Shown here: piece after piece, positions 55,365-64,000 of the stretch
How positions within the stretch are numbered: the first letter of the stretch is position 1
Layout: each line of letters starts with the position of its first letter
NCBI GenBank assembly: GCA_035566895.1
Contig: DATMQA010000007.1
Span: 54,395 to 118,394 of the forward strand
Length of the DNA: 64,000 bases
Source: Candidatus Binatia bacterium
Lineage (GTDB): Bacteria > Verrucomicrobiota > Verrucomicrobiia > Limisphaerales > UBA8199
Direction of reading: 5' to 3'
Program-made: the position numbers and the translations under genes
Notes under the pieces: model-generated
Seen by the model: only the letters and a program-made list of their open reading frames with translations
Database searches by the model: none
What the model was told of the DNA's origin: nothing

Positions 55365-55994
55365 TCAAACCCTTCGGCACGCCCTGAACCCGCGGAACAA
55401 GCAGAACAGCACAAAGGCGTGGAAAGCAACTCCCAACCAGCTTTGCGTCAGGAGAAAGATTAAGCCGTCCAAAGCAAAGAGCACCATGCCAACGATGAAG
55501 GCCCATTTATGAGCTTTGTTGGCAAAAATGCCGAAGAGCACAAATACCCCTGCTGCCAGAAGGTCAAGCAGCAGCGCCACTATTTTTCCACCGCCATCAA
55601 CAGTACTTCCGAACTCGTCAATTACCTGGGTAATCCCCAAGCCAACGATGAACCTAATGGGCATGCCGATAAACGCCGTAATCGTGTTGACCAGCGACAA
55701 CACTGCAACCACGTAAAACCAGGACGCGCCGGATTTCACATGCGCCGCCGCTCCGGGGGCCTTGCGCACCACCGTTCCCTGGGCAGTGTTCGCCACCGGC
55801 ACGGAAGCGTCTATGTCAAAGAGTGGTTGCAGTTCGGTAAAATCGGCCGCCGCTGCCCAGCCTTCCATATCGTTGCGTCTGACGCCCGCCTGCGGTTGCA
55901 AACGCCCCTCGCGCACCCATCCGCTGAGTTGCTTTAGTGACGCCGGACCGTACTCCTTGCCATCGGCTCCCTGAACCATGTAGGTAAGTTCCAT
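55365..55994 (-). CDS. GYF_2 (DUF4339) domain membrane protein
   Basis: GADGKEYGPASLKQLSGWVREGRL.....V......W..A.DF.EL followed by four TM helices. Confidence 0.65.
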   Translation of the reverse strand: MELTYMVQGADGKEYGPASLKQLSGWVREGRLQPQAGVRRNDMEGWAAAADFTELQPLFDIDASVPVANTAQGTVVRKAPGAAAHVKSGASWFYVVAVLSLVNTITAFIGMPIRFIVGLGITQVIDEFGSTVDGGGKIVALLLDLLAAGVFVLFGIFANKAHKWAFIVGMVLFALDGLIFLLTQSWLGVAFHAFVLFCLFRGFRACRRV

Positions 55995-56078
55995 AATGGC
56001 TCGGTTTATATCAAAATCCCTGATGCTTCCGCAATTCAAAAGCGAGTGGGCAATGGCTCCTTCGTTGAGCCTTTACGG

Positions 56079-56441
56079 CTACCCGACTCGGAACGAGATC
56101 CGGGCGATGAAATCCCGGCCGAAACTGTGCTGCAGTCGGTCGAGGATTTCCTTGCGGCGGTAGCGAACGATCTCGCTAAGCCAAACGCTGCTATCCACCG
56201 TGACGAAGAGCGTGCCATTGCGCAGGCCGGTCGGTTGCGCGTGGCCAACGATGTTCGGGTCCAGCAGGTTGTTCCAGACCTTCACCACCTCCGCCTCGAC
56301 GCGGCGGCGGTCCATCCGCAATTCCGAAAGCACCGCGGGCAGCACCGCGCTCACCTGCCGGGCGCGCGCGGCCTGGGCTTTTTCCAGCGGAGCTAAATCA
56401 ACCCTGTGCCACTGGGCAAACACACGCTGCTTCGGAGTCAT
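56079..56441 (-). CDS. DUF721 (DciA-like) protein
   Basis: VWNNLLDPNIVGHAQPTGLRNGTLFVTVDSSVWLSEIVRYRRKEILDRL is the DUF721 core. Confidence 0.7.
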   Translation of the reverse strand: MTPKQRVFAQWHRVDLAPLEKAQAARARQVSAVLPAVLSELRMDRRRVEAEVVKVWNNLLDPNIVGHAQPTGLRNGTLFVTVDSSVWLSEIVRYRRKEILDRLQHSFGRDFIARISFRVG

Positions 56442-56681
56442 TTTTCCGGGGCCGCGCGGCGGGATGAAACGATAGGGAGGAAGCATGGGCGAGGAACGGC
56501 GTTGATCAGGCCCCGGCCAGGCGTGGAACCAAATCTGAATTCCGAACTTCCACATCTGCAGTGGCAGAATGATTACGACAGAATGATCCTCGCCTCACCG
56601 TCGTGCCATTCAATGCTTCTTCCTCGATCATTCTGCTCAAAAGGCTCGTTGCGTTCTTTGCGTTCTTTTCCGGCCAACAAC

Positions 56682-57740
56682 TCACCCACCGATGCAACTC
56701 ATTGTTCTGGCCGGCGGAACAAACTCTGGCTCGCCGATGTGGTGGCGGTCTTCTTTTTGCAGCACGACCCCCTTGAGCCAGGCATTGAGGTCTTCGTCCG
56801 AAGTCCCATTTCGAAGCCGTGTGCGCAGATCGTGCTCGTTCACGCTAAACAGGCATGTGCGGATTTTGCCATCGGCGGTGAGCCGGATGCGATTGCAATG
56901 CCCGCAGAAAGGTTCACTCACGGGCGCAATCATCCCAATCTCGCCACCCATGTCACCAAAGGCCCAGCGTTTCGCCGTGGAGGACGGATTGTCGGCAGGC
57001 AGCGGACGCAATTCAAACCGGGCTTGGAGCCGCGCGAGGATCTCCCGCGCCGTCACCACCAATTCCTTGAGCCAGGCCCGGGCGGAATCCAGCGGCATGA
57101 ATTCAATAAAACGCATGCTCAGGGAGCGTTCGCGGGCAAACTCTGCCAGGGCTTCGATTTCATGATCATTAAGGCCGCGGATAATCACCGCGTTCACCTT
57201 TACCGGATGAAAGCCGAGCTGTTGTGCCAGAGTGATGCTGTTGAGAACCTCCGCCAGCCCGTCGCGGCCGGTGATCTTTTTGAAATTCGCGCGGTCCAGC
57301 GAATCGAGGCTGAAACTGACGCGGCGCAAGCCAGCATGGCGCAGCGCCTGCGCCTTCTGCGGAAACAAAAAGCCATTGGTCGTCATCGCCAGGTCGGTAA
57401 TGCCCGGGATGGCGGCCAGGCGCGCGACCAGTTGTTCGGCATCCTGACGCAGCAGCGGCTCGCCGCCCGTAAGCCGAATTTTCCGGATCCCCAGGGAAAC
57501 CGCCATGCGCACGACCCGCTCGATTTCTTCGAAGCTAAGGATGTTGGTTTTGGGGACCCACTGCTGCGCGATCGGCGCCGGATTCGGCAGGTGTGCCCAA
57601 TGGCCCCGGTAAAAATTTTGCGCTGCCTCCGTTTCCGGCAGGCAATAGAGACAACGAAAATTGCACCGGTCCGTAACGCTCACCCGCAAGTCCCGCAAAA
57701 CGCGGCCATGCGAATCGATGAGCAGATCGGCTCGGGTCAT
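56682..57740 (-). CDS. moaA: GTP 3',8-cyclase (molybdenum cofactor biosynthesis protein A)
   Basis: LRVSVTDRCNFRCLYCLPE radical-SAM cluster motif and the C-terminal CGHCNRIRLTADGKIRTCLF cluster. Confidence 0.95.
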   Translation of the reverse strand: MTRADLLIDSHGRVLRDLRVSVTDRCNFRCLYCLPETEAAQNFYRGHWAHLPNPAPIAQQWVPKTNILSFEEIERVVRMAVSLGIRKIRLTGGEPLLRQDAEQLVARLAAIPGITDLAMTTNGFLFPQKAQALRHAGLRRVSFSLDSLDRANFKKITGRDGLAEVLNSITLAQQLGFHPVKVNAVIIRGLNDHEIEALAEFARERSLSMRFIEFMPLDSARAWLKELVVTAREILARLQARFELRPLPADNPSSTAKRWAFGDMGGEIGMIAPVSEPFCGHCNRIRLTADGKIRTCLFSVNEHDLRTRLRNGTSDEDLNAWLKGVVLQKEDRHHIGEPEFVPPARTMSCIGG

Positions 57741-58540
57741 TTGGCCGGCGGCGAGTTGGTCGCCTCGGCGCTGCCCGTCAGGGGCGGGATGACTTTAACC
57801 GAACCGTCGGCGCTGACTTCCACATTAAGGTCGTAGGCAGGCTTGGTCGTTTTGGCGGCCACCTGCTGGACCGAAGCGCCTTGCATGAGTTGCTGCGCGC
57901 CTTTTTGCTCGGCACGCGCGAAGAGGCCCTGGCGAATCCACTCGAGGCGACGGGAGATGTTCAGTTCCTCTTTGAGTTTGGCTACTTGCGCGCGCAGGAC
58001 GGTCAGGTCGTTGAACTGCCGTTCCAGTTCAGCCTTCTCCGCCTCGAGGCGCTTGAATTCTTTTTCCAAAAAGGCCTTATCGCCTTCTGACGCAGCCAAC
58101 TTCTTCTCGGTGTCCGCAATCTGAGTAGTCAGGTTGGTGATCGCGCTGCTTAAGTCGTGAGCCTGCTGGTCGAGTTGCTGGTTGTCGGTCTCTAATTCGT
58201 TGATTTTGGCGTTCTGCTTGACAATCTCCTTCTTGCTGTCTTCGAGCGCTGTCTGGGTCACCGCGAGGTGATTAGAGGTATCCACCAGGTTGGAGGAAAG
58301 GCCGTTGCTGATCTCATTGAAAGCTTTCTTTTGGGTTTCCATGTCCTTTTCGAGGATGGCGGCCACTTGTTTTTGCTCATCGAGTTTGCCGCTCGTGCTC
58401 ATCAGGTTGTTGGATAAGCCGAGAATGGTTTCGGTGTCTTTCGCCTTTTGGTCGCCGGCCTGCTTCTTGATCATGATGGATGCAATCCCCAATCCCAGAC
58501 AGACTACCACCAGCACAATTACTCCAATTCGGTTTTTCAT
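57737..58540 (-). CDS. membrane-anchored coiled-coil protein
   Basis: N-terminal TM (IGVIVLVVVCLGLGIASIMI) followed by a long heptad-rich region. It overlaps the moaA start by 4 nt. Confidence 0.6.
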   Translation of the reverse strand: MKNRIGVIVLVVVCLGLGIASIMIKKQAGDQKAKDTETILGLSNNLMSTSGKLDEQKQVAAILEKDMETQKKAFNEISNGLSSNLVDTSNHLAVTQTALEDSKKEIVKQNAKINELETDNQQLDQQAHDLSSAITNLTTQIADTEKKLAASEGDKAFLEKEFKRLEAEKAELERQFNDLTVLRAQVAKLKEELNISRRLEWIRQGLFARAEQKGAQQLMQGASVQQVAAKTTKPAYDLNVEVSADGSVKVIPPLTGSAEATNSPPAK

Positions 58541-58850
58541 AGTGGCTTTTAACATGCCGGGTGCGCCGCAATTTGGCAAGTGGGAAGAAGATAAAAAACA
58601 AAGCGGGAGGGATCATGTCGGGACAAATCACACATCCGATGCAGCCAAGGATCAGACCTCTACACGGCCCGGGACATAAGGTCTTTCGCAGGCCTCTAAA
58701 TGATTCTGTCCTGCCATGCTTCTGTCATTTGGCTGTCCTTTCAGATTACCCCTTCCTTGACAATTACGTTAAAGCTTATGCCGTCACTCCCTCTCCCCGC
58801 TCCGTTCCCTGCCGTCTTGCTAAAAGCTCCGACGCACCTACATTGGAGGC

Positions 58851-59528
58851 ATGAAGATACCGCGCGAAGTGCCGGTCATGACCCTGCCCAATGCGACGCT
58901 GTTCCCACAGGCGTTGCTGCCGCTCTATATTTTCGAGCCGCGCTACCGGCAGATGTTGGCTGATGCCCTGCACTCCAACCGCATGTTCTCAGTCGCGATG
59001 CAGAAGCCGGGAACTGGACGCGAGACCCCCTCGCCCGTCGCTGGTTTGGGCTTGATTCGGGTTTCCGTAGGCCACCGGGACGGGACTTCCCATTTGATTT
59101 TGCAAGGCCTTGCCCGCGTGGAACTTGAGGAGGCCATCCGCTATAAGCCGTATCGCATCCAGCGGATCCGTCCTTTGCATACGCCGCCTTGTGATAACGT
59201 TAAGGTCGATGCTCTGGTAGCCAAAGTCAGAGAACTGCTGGAAGAACGCATTCAGTTGGGCTTGCCTTTTCCTTTTCCGGTGATGTCACCCGGCCAAAAT
59301 GAGAGCAGCCAAACCCCACCTTCCTTTTCGCCAAAAGAGATTCTAAACTACCTGGATTCCATCACCGATCCCGAGCAGGCGGCAGATTTGGTCTCCTGTG
59401 CGGTCTTGCCCGGCGCGGCGGAACGGCAGTCAATCCTCGAGACGGTGGATGTCGAGGCTCGCCTGCGCCGGCTGATCCACTTTTTGCTGGCGGAAATCCG
59501 AAATAAACGGAAACGTGAGCAGCCATGA
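58851..59528 (+). CDS. LON substrate-binding (Lon N-terminal) domain protein
   Basis: LPNATLFPQALLPLYIFEPRYRQML is the characteristic LON-N opening. Confidence 0.8.
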   Translation: MKIPREVPVMTLPNATLFPQALLPLYIFEPRYRQMLADALHSNRMFSVAMQKPGTGRETPSPVAGLGLIRVSVGHRDGTSHLILQGLARVELEEAIRYKPYRIQRIRPLHTPPCDNVKVDALVAKVRELLEERIQLGLPFPFPVMSPGQNESSQTPPSFSPKEILNYLDSITDPEQAADLVSCAVLPGAAERQSILETVDVEARLRRLIHFLLAEIRNKRKREQP

Positions 59529-59953
59529 GTGAAGCGCACCTTCCAGAACCTGCTCCGGGCGACCTGAGCCGCGAGGAAATAATGTCGGCCCTCTTCGCGC
59601 AATTGGTCATGCAGCAAGCGAATATGGCGATGATGCTCCTGGGCAAAGTCCCTCACCCCGAGACCGGCCAGGTTATCAAGGATATCGACGCGGCCCGGTT
59701 ATTCATCGATCAACTCGAGATGCTGGAGGTCAAAACCAAGGGCAATCTCAGCAACGAGGAAGCCGGGTTGCTCAAGCAGAGCCTCATGAGCTCGCGCCTG
59801 GCCTTCGTCCAGGCGATGGACTCACCCCAACCCCAAGGCAGCCCCAAACCGGCCGAACCCGCTTCACCCCCGCCATCCGCACCCGCCGCTGACCCAGCCC
59901 AGGCAGCCGCGGCCGAGGACGATCACCGCAAGAAGTTCAGCAAGAAGTACTGA
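59525..59953 (+). CDS. DUF1844 domain protein
   Basis: LFAQLVMQQANMAMMLLGKVPHPETGQ...DIDAARLFIDQLEMLEVKTKGNL. ATGA overlap with the upstream gene. Confidence 0.75.
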   Translation: MSEAHLPEPAPGDLSREEIMSALFAQLVMQQANMAMMLLGKVPHPETGQVIKDIDAARLFIDQLEMLEVKTKGNLSNEEAGLLKQSLMSSRLAFVQAMDSPQPQGSPKPAEPASPPPSAPAADPAQAAAAEDDHRKKFSKKY

Positions 59954-59954
59954 A

Positions 59955-61151
59955 CTATTTTCCCTCCGGCTTGATTGCTGGATGGCCTGCGGGCAGCGCC
60001 GGAACATCCGGCATCTCTTTCGGTTTCAACTGTTCGTCGAGGATCTCCAAGCCGACCTCTTTCTTCAGCTTTGCGACATAAGCCGGAAGCTGCTTCTGAA
60101 GCTCCTGGGTGCGAAGATTCTCCTGGAGAATGGCGGAGAGTTTGCGGAAAGAGCCCGCGTTCTCCTGGGCCGCCTTGCTAAGGCTGTTCTTGATGAGCAC
60201 GCCGGCGGGTGTGAACGTCACCTCGTCGTCCAGCGCGGCTTTCCTGGCGGGTATCTTTTCGCTCAGCTTGATGATGTGGTAACCGAACTGGGTCGTCACG
60301 ATATCGCTGACTTCATTTGTCTTAAGCGCGAATGCCGTCGTCTCGAACTCATGCACCATTTGGTTGCGCCCGAAGAGGTATTCGCCGCCTTTATCTTTGG
60401 AGCCGGGGTCTTCGGAATATTCTTTGGCCAGCTTGGCGAAATCCTCGCCGCCGCGGGCCCGCTTCAGCAGGTCGTCGGCTAGCTTGCGTTTGGCCGCTTT
60501 CTTGTCCTCAGCCAGCTCTTTGTTGGTGTCCAGGTCGCGGGTGCTTAAGAGGATATGGCTTGCCCGCACCAATTCCGGTTGCTCGAACTTCGAGGGGTTC
60601 TCCTCGTAAAACTTTTTGATCTCCTCATCGGTTACATTGACCTTGAGCTCGCGCTCCAGCGTCGCTTCGGCCGTGCATTCCTGGTTCATTTTGACGATAA
60701 ATTCCTGCTGGCTAGTGCCAACGGCGCTTAATTGCCGGTTCAGGGCTTCCTCACTGCCTGCTCGAGTTTTGATTTCATCCAGGCGTTTGGTGCTGACTTC
60801 TTTGCCTTTGGCTTTGTCGGCCTCGTTGGCCTTGGTTAGCAGCAACTGGATGCGGATCAGGTTCTCCAGCACTTGCTGCTCGAGCATCCCCATGTGCTCG
60901 GGCGGAATGTTCTGGCCCCGCGCCGCCGCGGTCGATTTGATGCTGATGAGTGTGTCATCCAATTGGCTCCTCTTGATTTCCACCCCTTTGCCTTTGGCGA
61001 TAACGCTGTCGCCAAACAGGTCCGTCGGCTTGATGCTGGGCTTGGCTGCCGCTGCCCCATTGGTTGGGGCCGGGGTATCCGCCGTCGCGCTTCGGGCGGC
61101 GAGGGTTCCCGCCGCAAGCAGCAGGACAACTAATTTCGTCATTTTTTTCAT
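59955..61151 (-). CDS. peptidylprolyl isomerase (SurA/PrsA-like parvulin)
   Basis: Signal peptide, chaperone-like helical region, and a parvulin core (VRASHILL...DKGGEY...FGYHIIKL). Confidence 0.85.
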   Translation of the reverse strand: MKKMTKLVVLLLAAGTLAARSATADTPAPTNGAAAAKPSIKPTDLFGDSVIAKGKGVEIKRSQLDDTLISIKSTAAARGQNIPPEHMGMLEQQVLENLIRIQLLLTKANEADKAKGKEVSTKRLDEIKTRAGSEEALNRQLSAVGTSQQEFIVKMNQECTAEATLERELKVNVTDEEIKKFYEENPSKFEQPELVRASHILLSTRDLDTNKELAEDKKAAKRKLADDLLKRARGGEDFAKLAKEYSEDPGSKDKGGEYLFGRNQMVHEFETTAFALKTNEVSDIVTTQFGYHIIKLSEKIPARKAALDDEVTFTPAGVLIKNSLSKAAQENAGSFRKLSAILQENLRTQELQKQLPAYVAKLKKEVGLEILDEQLKPKEMPDVPALPAGHPAIKPEGK

Positions 61152-61179
61152 AAACATGCCTGTCAATAGTAACAGAGGC

Positions 61180-62778
61180 TCAGAGTTTGACCACATTAAC
61201 ATTGCGGATAGCAGGATCTTTTTGCAGCTCCTCCAGCACCTCCGGGGGCGGCACGCTGTCCAGGTTCAGCACGGTCAACGCATGCCCGCCAGCCTCATCC
61301 CGGCTCAAATTCATATTAGCGATATTGACCTTGTGTCGGCCCAGCAGAGTCCCCAGGTAACCCACGATGCCGGGACGGTCTTTGTTTTCGAGGAGCAGCA
61401 CCACCCCGGAGGGAACAATCTCGGTCGGCCGGCTGAACAACCGCACAATCCGCGGGTTGTCCGGCGAACCGAAAAAAGTGCCGCCGGCGGAAATCACTTT
61501 CTCCCCATCGGCGAAGACCTGCACGTGAAGCCACTCGTTGAACGTTACCGGCTCATTCGAACGCTTCTCCTCGACCGTCAAGCCCAGCGTCGAGGCAATG
61601 CTGCGCACATTGACGTTATTAAGGTCCTTGACCGACGCGCGCGACAAAAAGCCCAGCAGGATCGCTCGCGTGACCGGGTCCGTGTTGGGTAATTCCTGGG
61701 CCTTGCCGCCATACGTGATGTGCAGCCGGTCCGCCTGCGATGGCGCCAGTTGGGCCAGCAGTTTGCCCAGCTTCTCACCCAGCGTGAGATAGGGTTTCAC
61801 CTCCTCGTAGGTCTTGGCATCGAGATAGGGCAGGTTGACGGCGTTGCGCACCTCGCCGGTGAGCAGGTAACCAGCGATGACTTCCGCCACCTCGATACCG
61901 CACTTCTCCTGCGCTTCCTGCGTGCTGGCTCCAAGGTGCGGCGTCAGCGTGATCGCCGGATGTTTCCGGAAGGGATGCTCGGCCGGCAGCGGCTCAGAGG
62001 CAAATACGTCCAAAGCGGCGGCGGCGACTTTGCCGGAGTCCAGCGCGGCCAGCAGGTCGTTCTCGACGATGATCTCCCCCCGCGCGCAATTCACCAGACA
62101 CACTTTGGGCTTCATTTTGGCAAACGCCGCCGCGTTGAGCATCCCGCGCGTCTGCTCCGTGACGGGCATGTGCACGGTGATAAAATCCGCGACCCGATAG
62201 ACCTCATCCAGGTCGCCGGCCAATTCAATCCCCAGTGCTCGTGCGCGGGCTTCCGTTAAAAAGGGATCATAAGCCACGACCCTCATTCCGAACGCGACCG
62301 CCCGTTTCGCCACCTCGCTGCCGATGCGGCCCAACCCCAATACGCCCAAAGTTTTCCCAAAAAGTTCGGCCCCTTGAAATTGTTTCCGGTCCCATTTGCC
62401 GGCCGTCATCGACGCATAGGCCTGCGGCACCTTGCGCGCGAGGCTCAAAATCATTGCGAACGACAACTCGGCCGTCGAAACGGTATTACCTCCGGGTGTG
62501 TTCATCACCACTACGCCGCGCTCGGTGGCTGCAGGAACATCGACATTATCTACGCCCACGCCCGCTCGCCCCACCACGCGCAGAAGCGGGGCCGCCTCGA
62601 TGAGCTTCCGCGTCACCTTGGTCTCGGACCGCACCACCAGCGCCACGGCGTCCTTTACCACGGGCACCAATTCCGCCTCGGTCAACCGCTTGGGCAGAAC
62701 CAGCACGTCGAATTCGGGCCGCTGCTGCAAAAAAGCAATGCCTTTTGGCGAGACAGGGTCACACACCACGATCTTCAT
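61180..62778 (-). CDS. serA: D-3-phosphoglycerate dehydrogenase (long form with ASB and ACT domains)
   Basis: MKIVVCDP..., [16 protein letters not shown] fold, the catalytic R/E/H region, and a C-terminal ACT domain ([23 protein letters not shown]). Confidence 0.92.
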   Translation of the reverse strand: MKIVVCDPVSPKGIAFLQQRPEFDVLVLPKRLTEAELVPVVKDAVALVVRSETKVTRKLIEAAPLLRVVGRAGVGVDNVDVPAATERGVVVMNTPGGNTVSTAELSFAMILSLARKVPQAYASMTAGKWDRKQFQGAELFGKTLGVLGLGRIGSEVAKRAVAFGMRVVAYDPFLTEARARALGIELAGDLDEVYRVADFITVHMPVTEQTRGMLNAAAFAKMKPKVCLVNCARGEIIVENDLLAALDSGKVAAAALDVFASEPLPAEHPFRKHPAITLTPHLGASTQEAQEKCGIEVAEVIAGYLLTGEVRNAVNLPYLDAKTYEEVKPYLTLGEKLGKLLAQLAPSQADRLHITYGGKAQELPNTDPVTRAILLGFLSRASVKDLNNVNVRSIASTLGLTVEEKRSNEPVTFNEWLHVQVFADGEKVISAGGTFFGSPDNPRIVRLFSRPTEIVPSGVVLLLENKDRPGIVGYLGTLLGRHKVNIANMNLSRDEAGGHALTVLNLDSVPPPEVLEELQKDPAIRNVNVVKL

Positions 62779-62955
62779 AAAAAGAGGCCGGAGTCTAGGG
62801 AAAGGGTGGGCATGGGTCAAATCAGTAATCGGTGAGCAGGGGGAGTAATCAGTAATCAGCAGGCAATAATCACTGGACTTCCTACCTCACGACTTCGTAT
62901 TTGCCGTTGATGCAAATTCCCCAGGAGCGAAAGTGAGTGGCAATGGGAGCGCTAA

Positions 62956-63711
62956 TTAACCTAGCGCCTCTTCCACCGCCGGCGGAAAAACTTCCCCAAC
63001 GTCGCCTTCGATTCTCAGGGTGACTTCGCTCAAATCATCGTGTTCCGTCGGACCGCGATTGATGATGACATAAGGAGCACCCCGGTTGGCCGCGATCAGG
63101 GGAATATTCGCCGCGGGATAAACCGAAAGGGTCGAGCCTAGCGCCACGACCAAATCCGCCTGGCCGGCAGCTTCCTGCGCCTGCTCCAAATCCGCGTTGC
63201 GCAGGTTCTGGCCGAAACTGATGGTTGCCAGTTTGAGAAATCCGCCGCATTCGCACACCGGCGGGCGGCGGGTTTTGCGGAAATGCTCAAAATGCGGCTC
63301 CGGATCCGAGAGCTGGCCGCAGGCCTGACATTCGACCAGGGAATTGGTGCCGTGCAATTCAACCAAACGCTCCGCCGGAGTGCCGGCGCGCGCGTGGAGG
63401 CCGTCGATATTTTGGGTCACCACGGCCAGCACTTTGCCGGCCTGTTCCAGGCGCACAATCGACTCGTGGGTCGTGTTTGGGCGCGCGGCCCGGAAGACCG
63501 GCCAACCTTCCAGCTTGTAATCCCAGTGCTCGACCCGTGCCGCCTCCGACCTCATGAAATCGTGATAATAAACAGGCTGGCGCCGTTTCCAGACTCCGTC
63601 CGGCCCGCGAAAATCCGAGATGCCGCTGCCGGTGGAAATTCCCGCGCCGGTGAAGAGGAGCATTTTTTGTCCGGCGTTGAGCAACTCGACCAATTTCTCT
63701 TGTTCGCGCAT
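62956..63711 (-). CDS. cobB: NAD-dependent protein deacylase (Sir2 family)
   Basis: FTGAGISTGSGISDFRG, QNIDGLH, zinc cysteines C..C / C.C, and GSTLSVYPAA. Confidence 0.88.
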   Translation of the reverse strand: MREQEKLVELLNAGQKMLLFTGAGISTGSGISDFRGPDGVWKRRQPVYYHDFMRSEAARVEHWDYKLEGWPVFRAARPNTTHESIVRLEQAGKVLAVVTQNIDGLHARAGTPAERLVELHGTNSLVECQACGQLSDPEPHFEHFRKTRRPPVCECGGFLKLATISFGQNLRNADLEQAQEAAGQADLVVALGSTLSVYPAANIPLIAANRGAPYVIINRGPTEHDDLSEVTLRIEGDVGEVFPPAVEEALG

Positions 63712-63846
63712 AGCTGATTTTCGGTCCAAATCAGGCGGTAACCAACAAAAATCCCGCCTCGCTCTGAGTGCGAGACGGGAACCCACAACCAACGTAATCA
63801 GACGCGATGGAGCGACCGGAGGTTTCAAGGATTTCCAGCGCCCCTT

Positions 63847-64000
63847 CTACCACCCTTCGGTTGTGAGTTGTCCGTCCACAAGCCGCCAAATCCCGCGCCC
63901 GTTCCGATTTTGCAATTCAACCGGCAGCGTCGCGTCCGGGAAATTCTGGAAACAGAGCGGCCGCGCGAAGCGCTTAATGGCGGCTGTCCCTACGGAGGTG
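63847..64000 (-). CDS. 3' end of an unidentified gene whose start lies outside the window
   Basis: The minus-strand frame is open to the window edge and ends ...GIWRLVDGQLTTEGW-stop at 63847-63849. It is not in the ORF track because no start codon lies inside the window. Confidence 0.35.
   Translation of the reverse strand, partial: TSVGTAAIKRFARPLCFQNFPDATLPVELQNRNGRGIWRLVDGQLTTEGW

Noticed and set aside
56406-57836. 476-aa plus-strand ORF opposite moaA. The same applies to 60616..61692(+) opposite the PPIase/serA genes, 5998..6870(+), 48010..48804(-), 49338..50183(-) and other long antisense ORFs.
   Set aside because: In every case the opposite strand carries a gene with strong family motifs. 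These ORFs are typical stop-codon-poor antisense frames of GC-rich DNA.

Overview
High-GC bacterial chromosomal window with about 58 protein-coding genes. I saw no rRNA, tRNA, CRISPR array, transposase or integrase. All domain calls come from reading motifs in the supplied translations; no database search was possible. The gene content includes an H-X9-D(G) prepilin-type protein, a PEP-CTERM protein, Tat-signal Gfo/Idh/MocA oxidoreductases and many large secreted repeat proteins. By inference this suggests a Verrucomicrobiota/Planctomycetota-like (PVC) genome. Recognisable housekeeping genes are PPK2 (5' partial), argH, rsmD, yhbY, thrS, moaA, serA, a Sir2 deacylase, a parvulin PPIase, a Lon-N domain protein, DUF1844 and a DUF721/DciA-like protein. 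Regulators are PadR, LysR, an ECF sigma factor, two orphan response regulators and an HDOD response regulator. The stretch from about 22 to 43 kb looks accessory: secreted LRR, WD40 and beta-helix proteins, a four-gene ABC-2-type exporter, gene remnants and an ImmA/IrrE protease pair. The most notable observations are these. (1) A recurrent extreme C-terminal module ending RFYRxxxP-stop occurs on six unrelated secreted proteins. (2) An ECF sigma gene is translationally coupled to an anti-sigma-position protein whose distal half is a complete prepilin-type pseudopilin. (3) A roughly 190-bp modular repeat element is present as an inverted pair 14 kb apart. (4) A tandem 297-bp non-coding unit has a partial third copy 23 kb away. 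(5) Intergenic regions are built almost wholly from consecutive 7-11 bp word arrays. (6) Three gene-remnant junctions mark past rearrangements.
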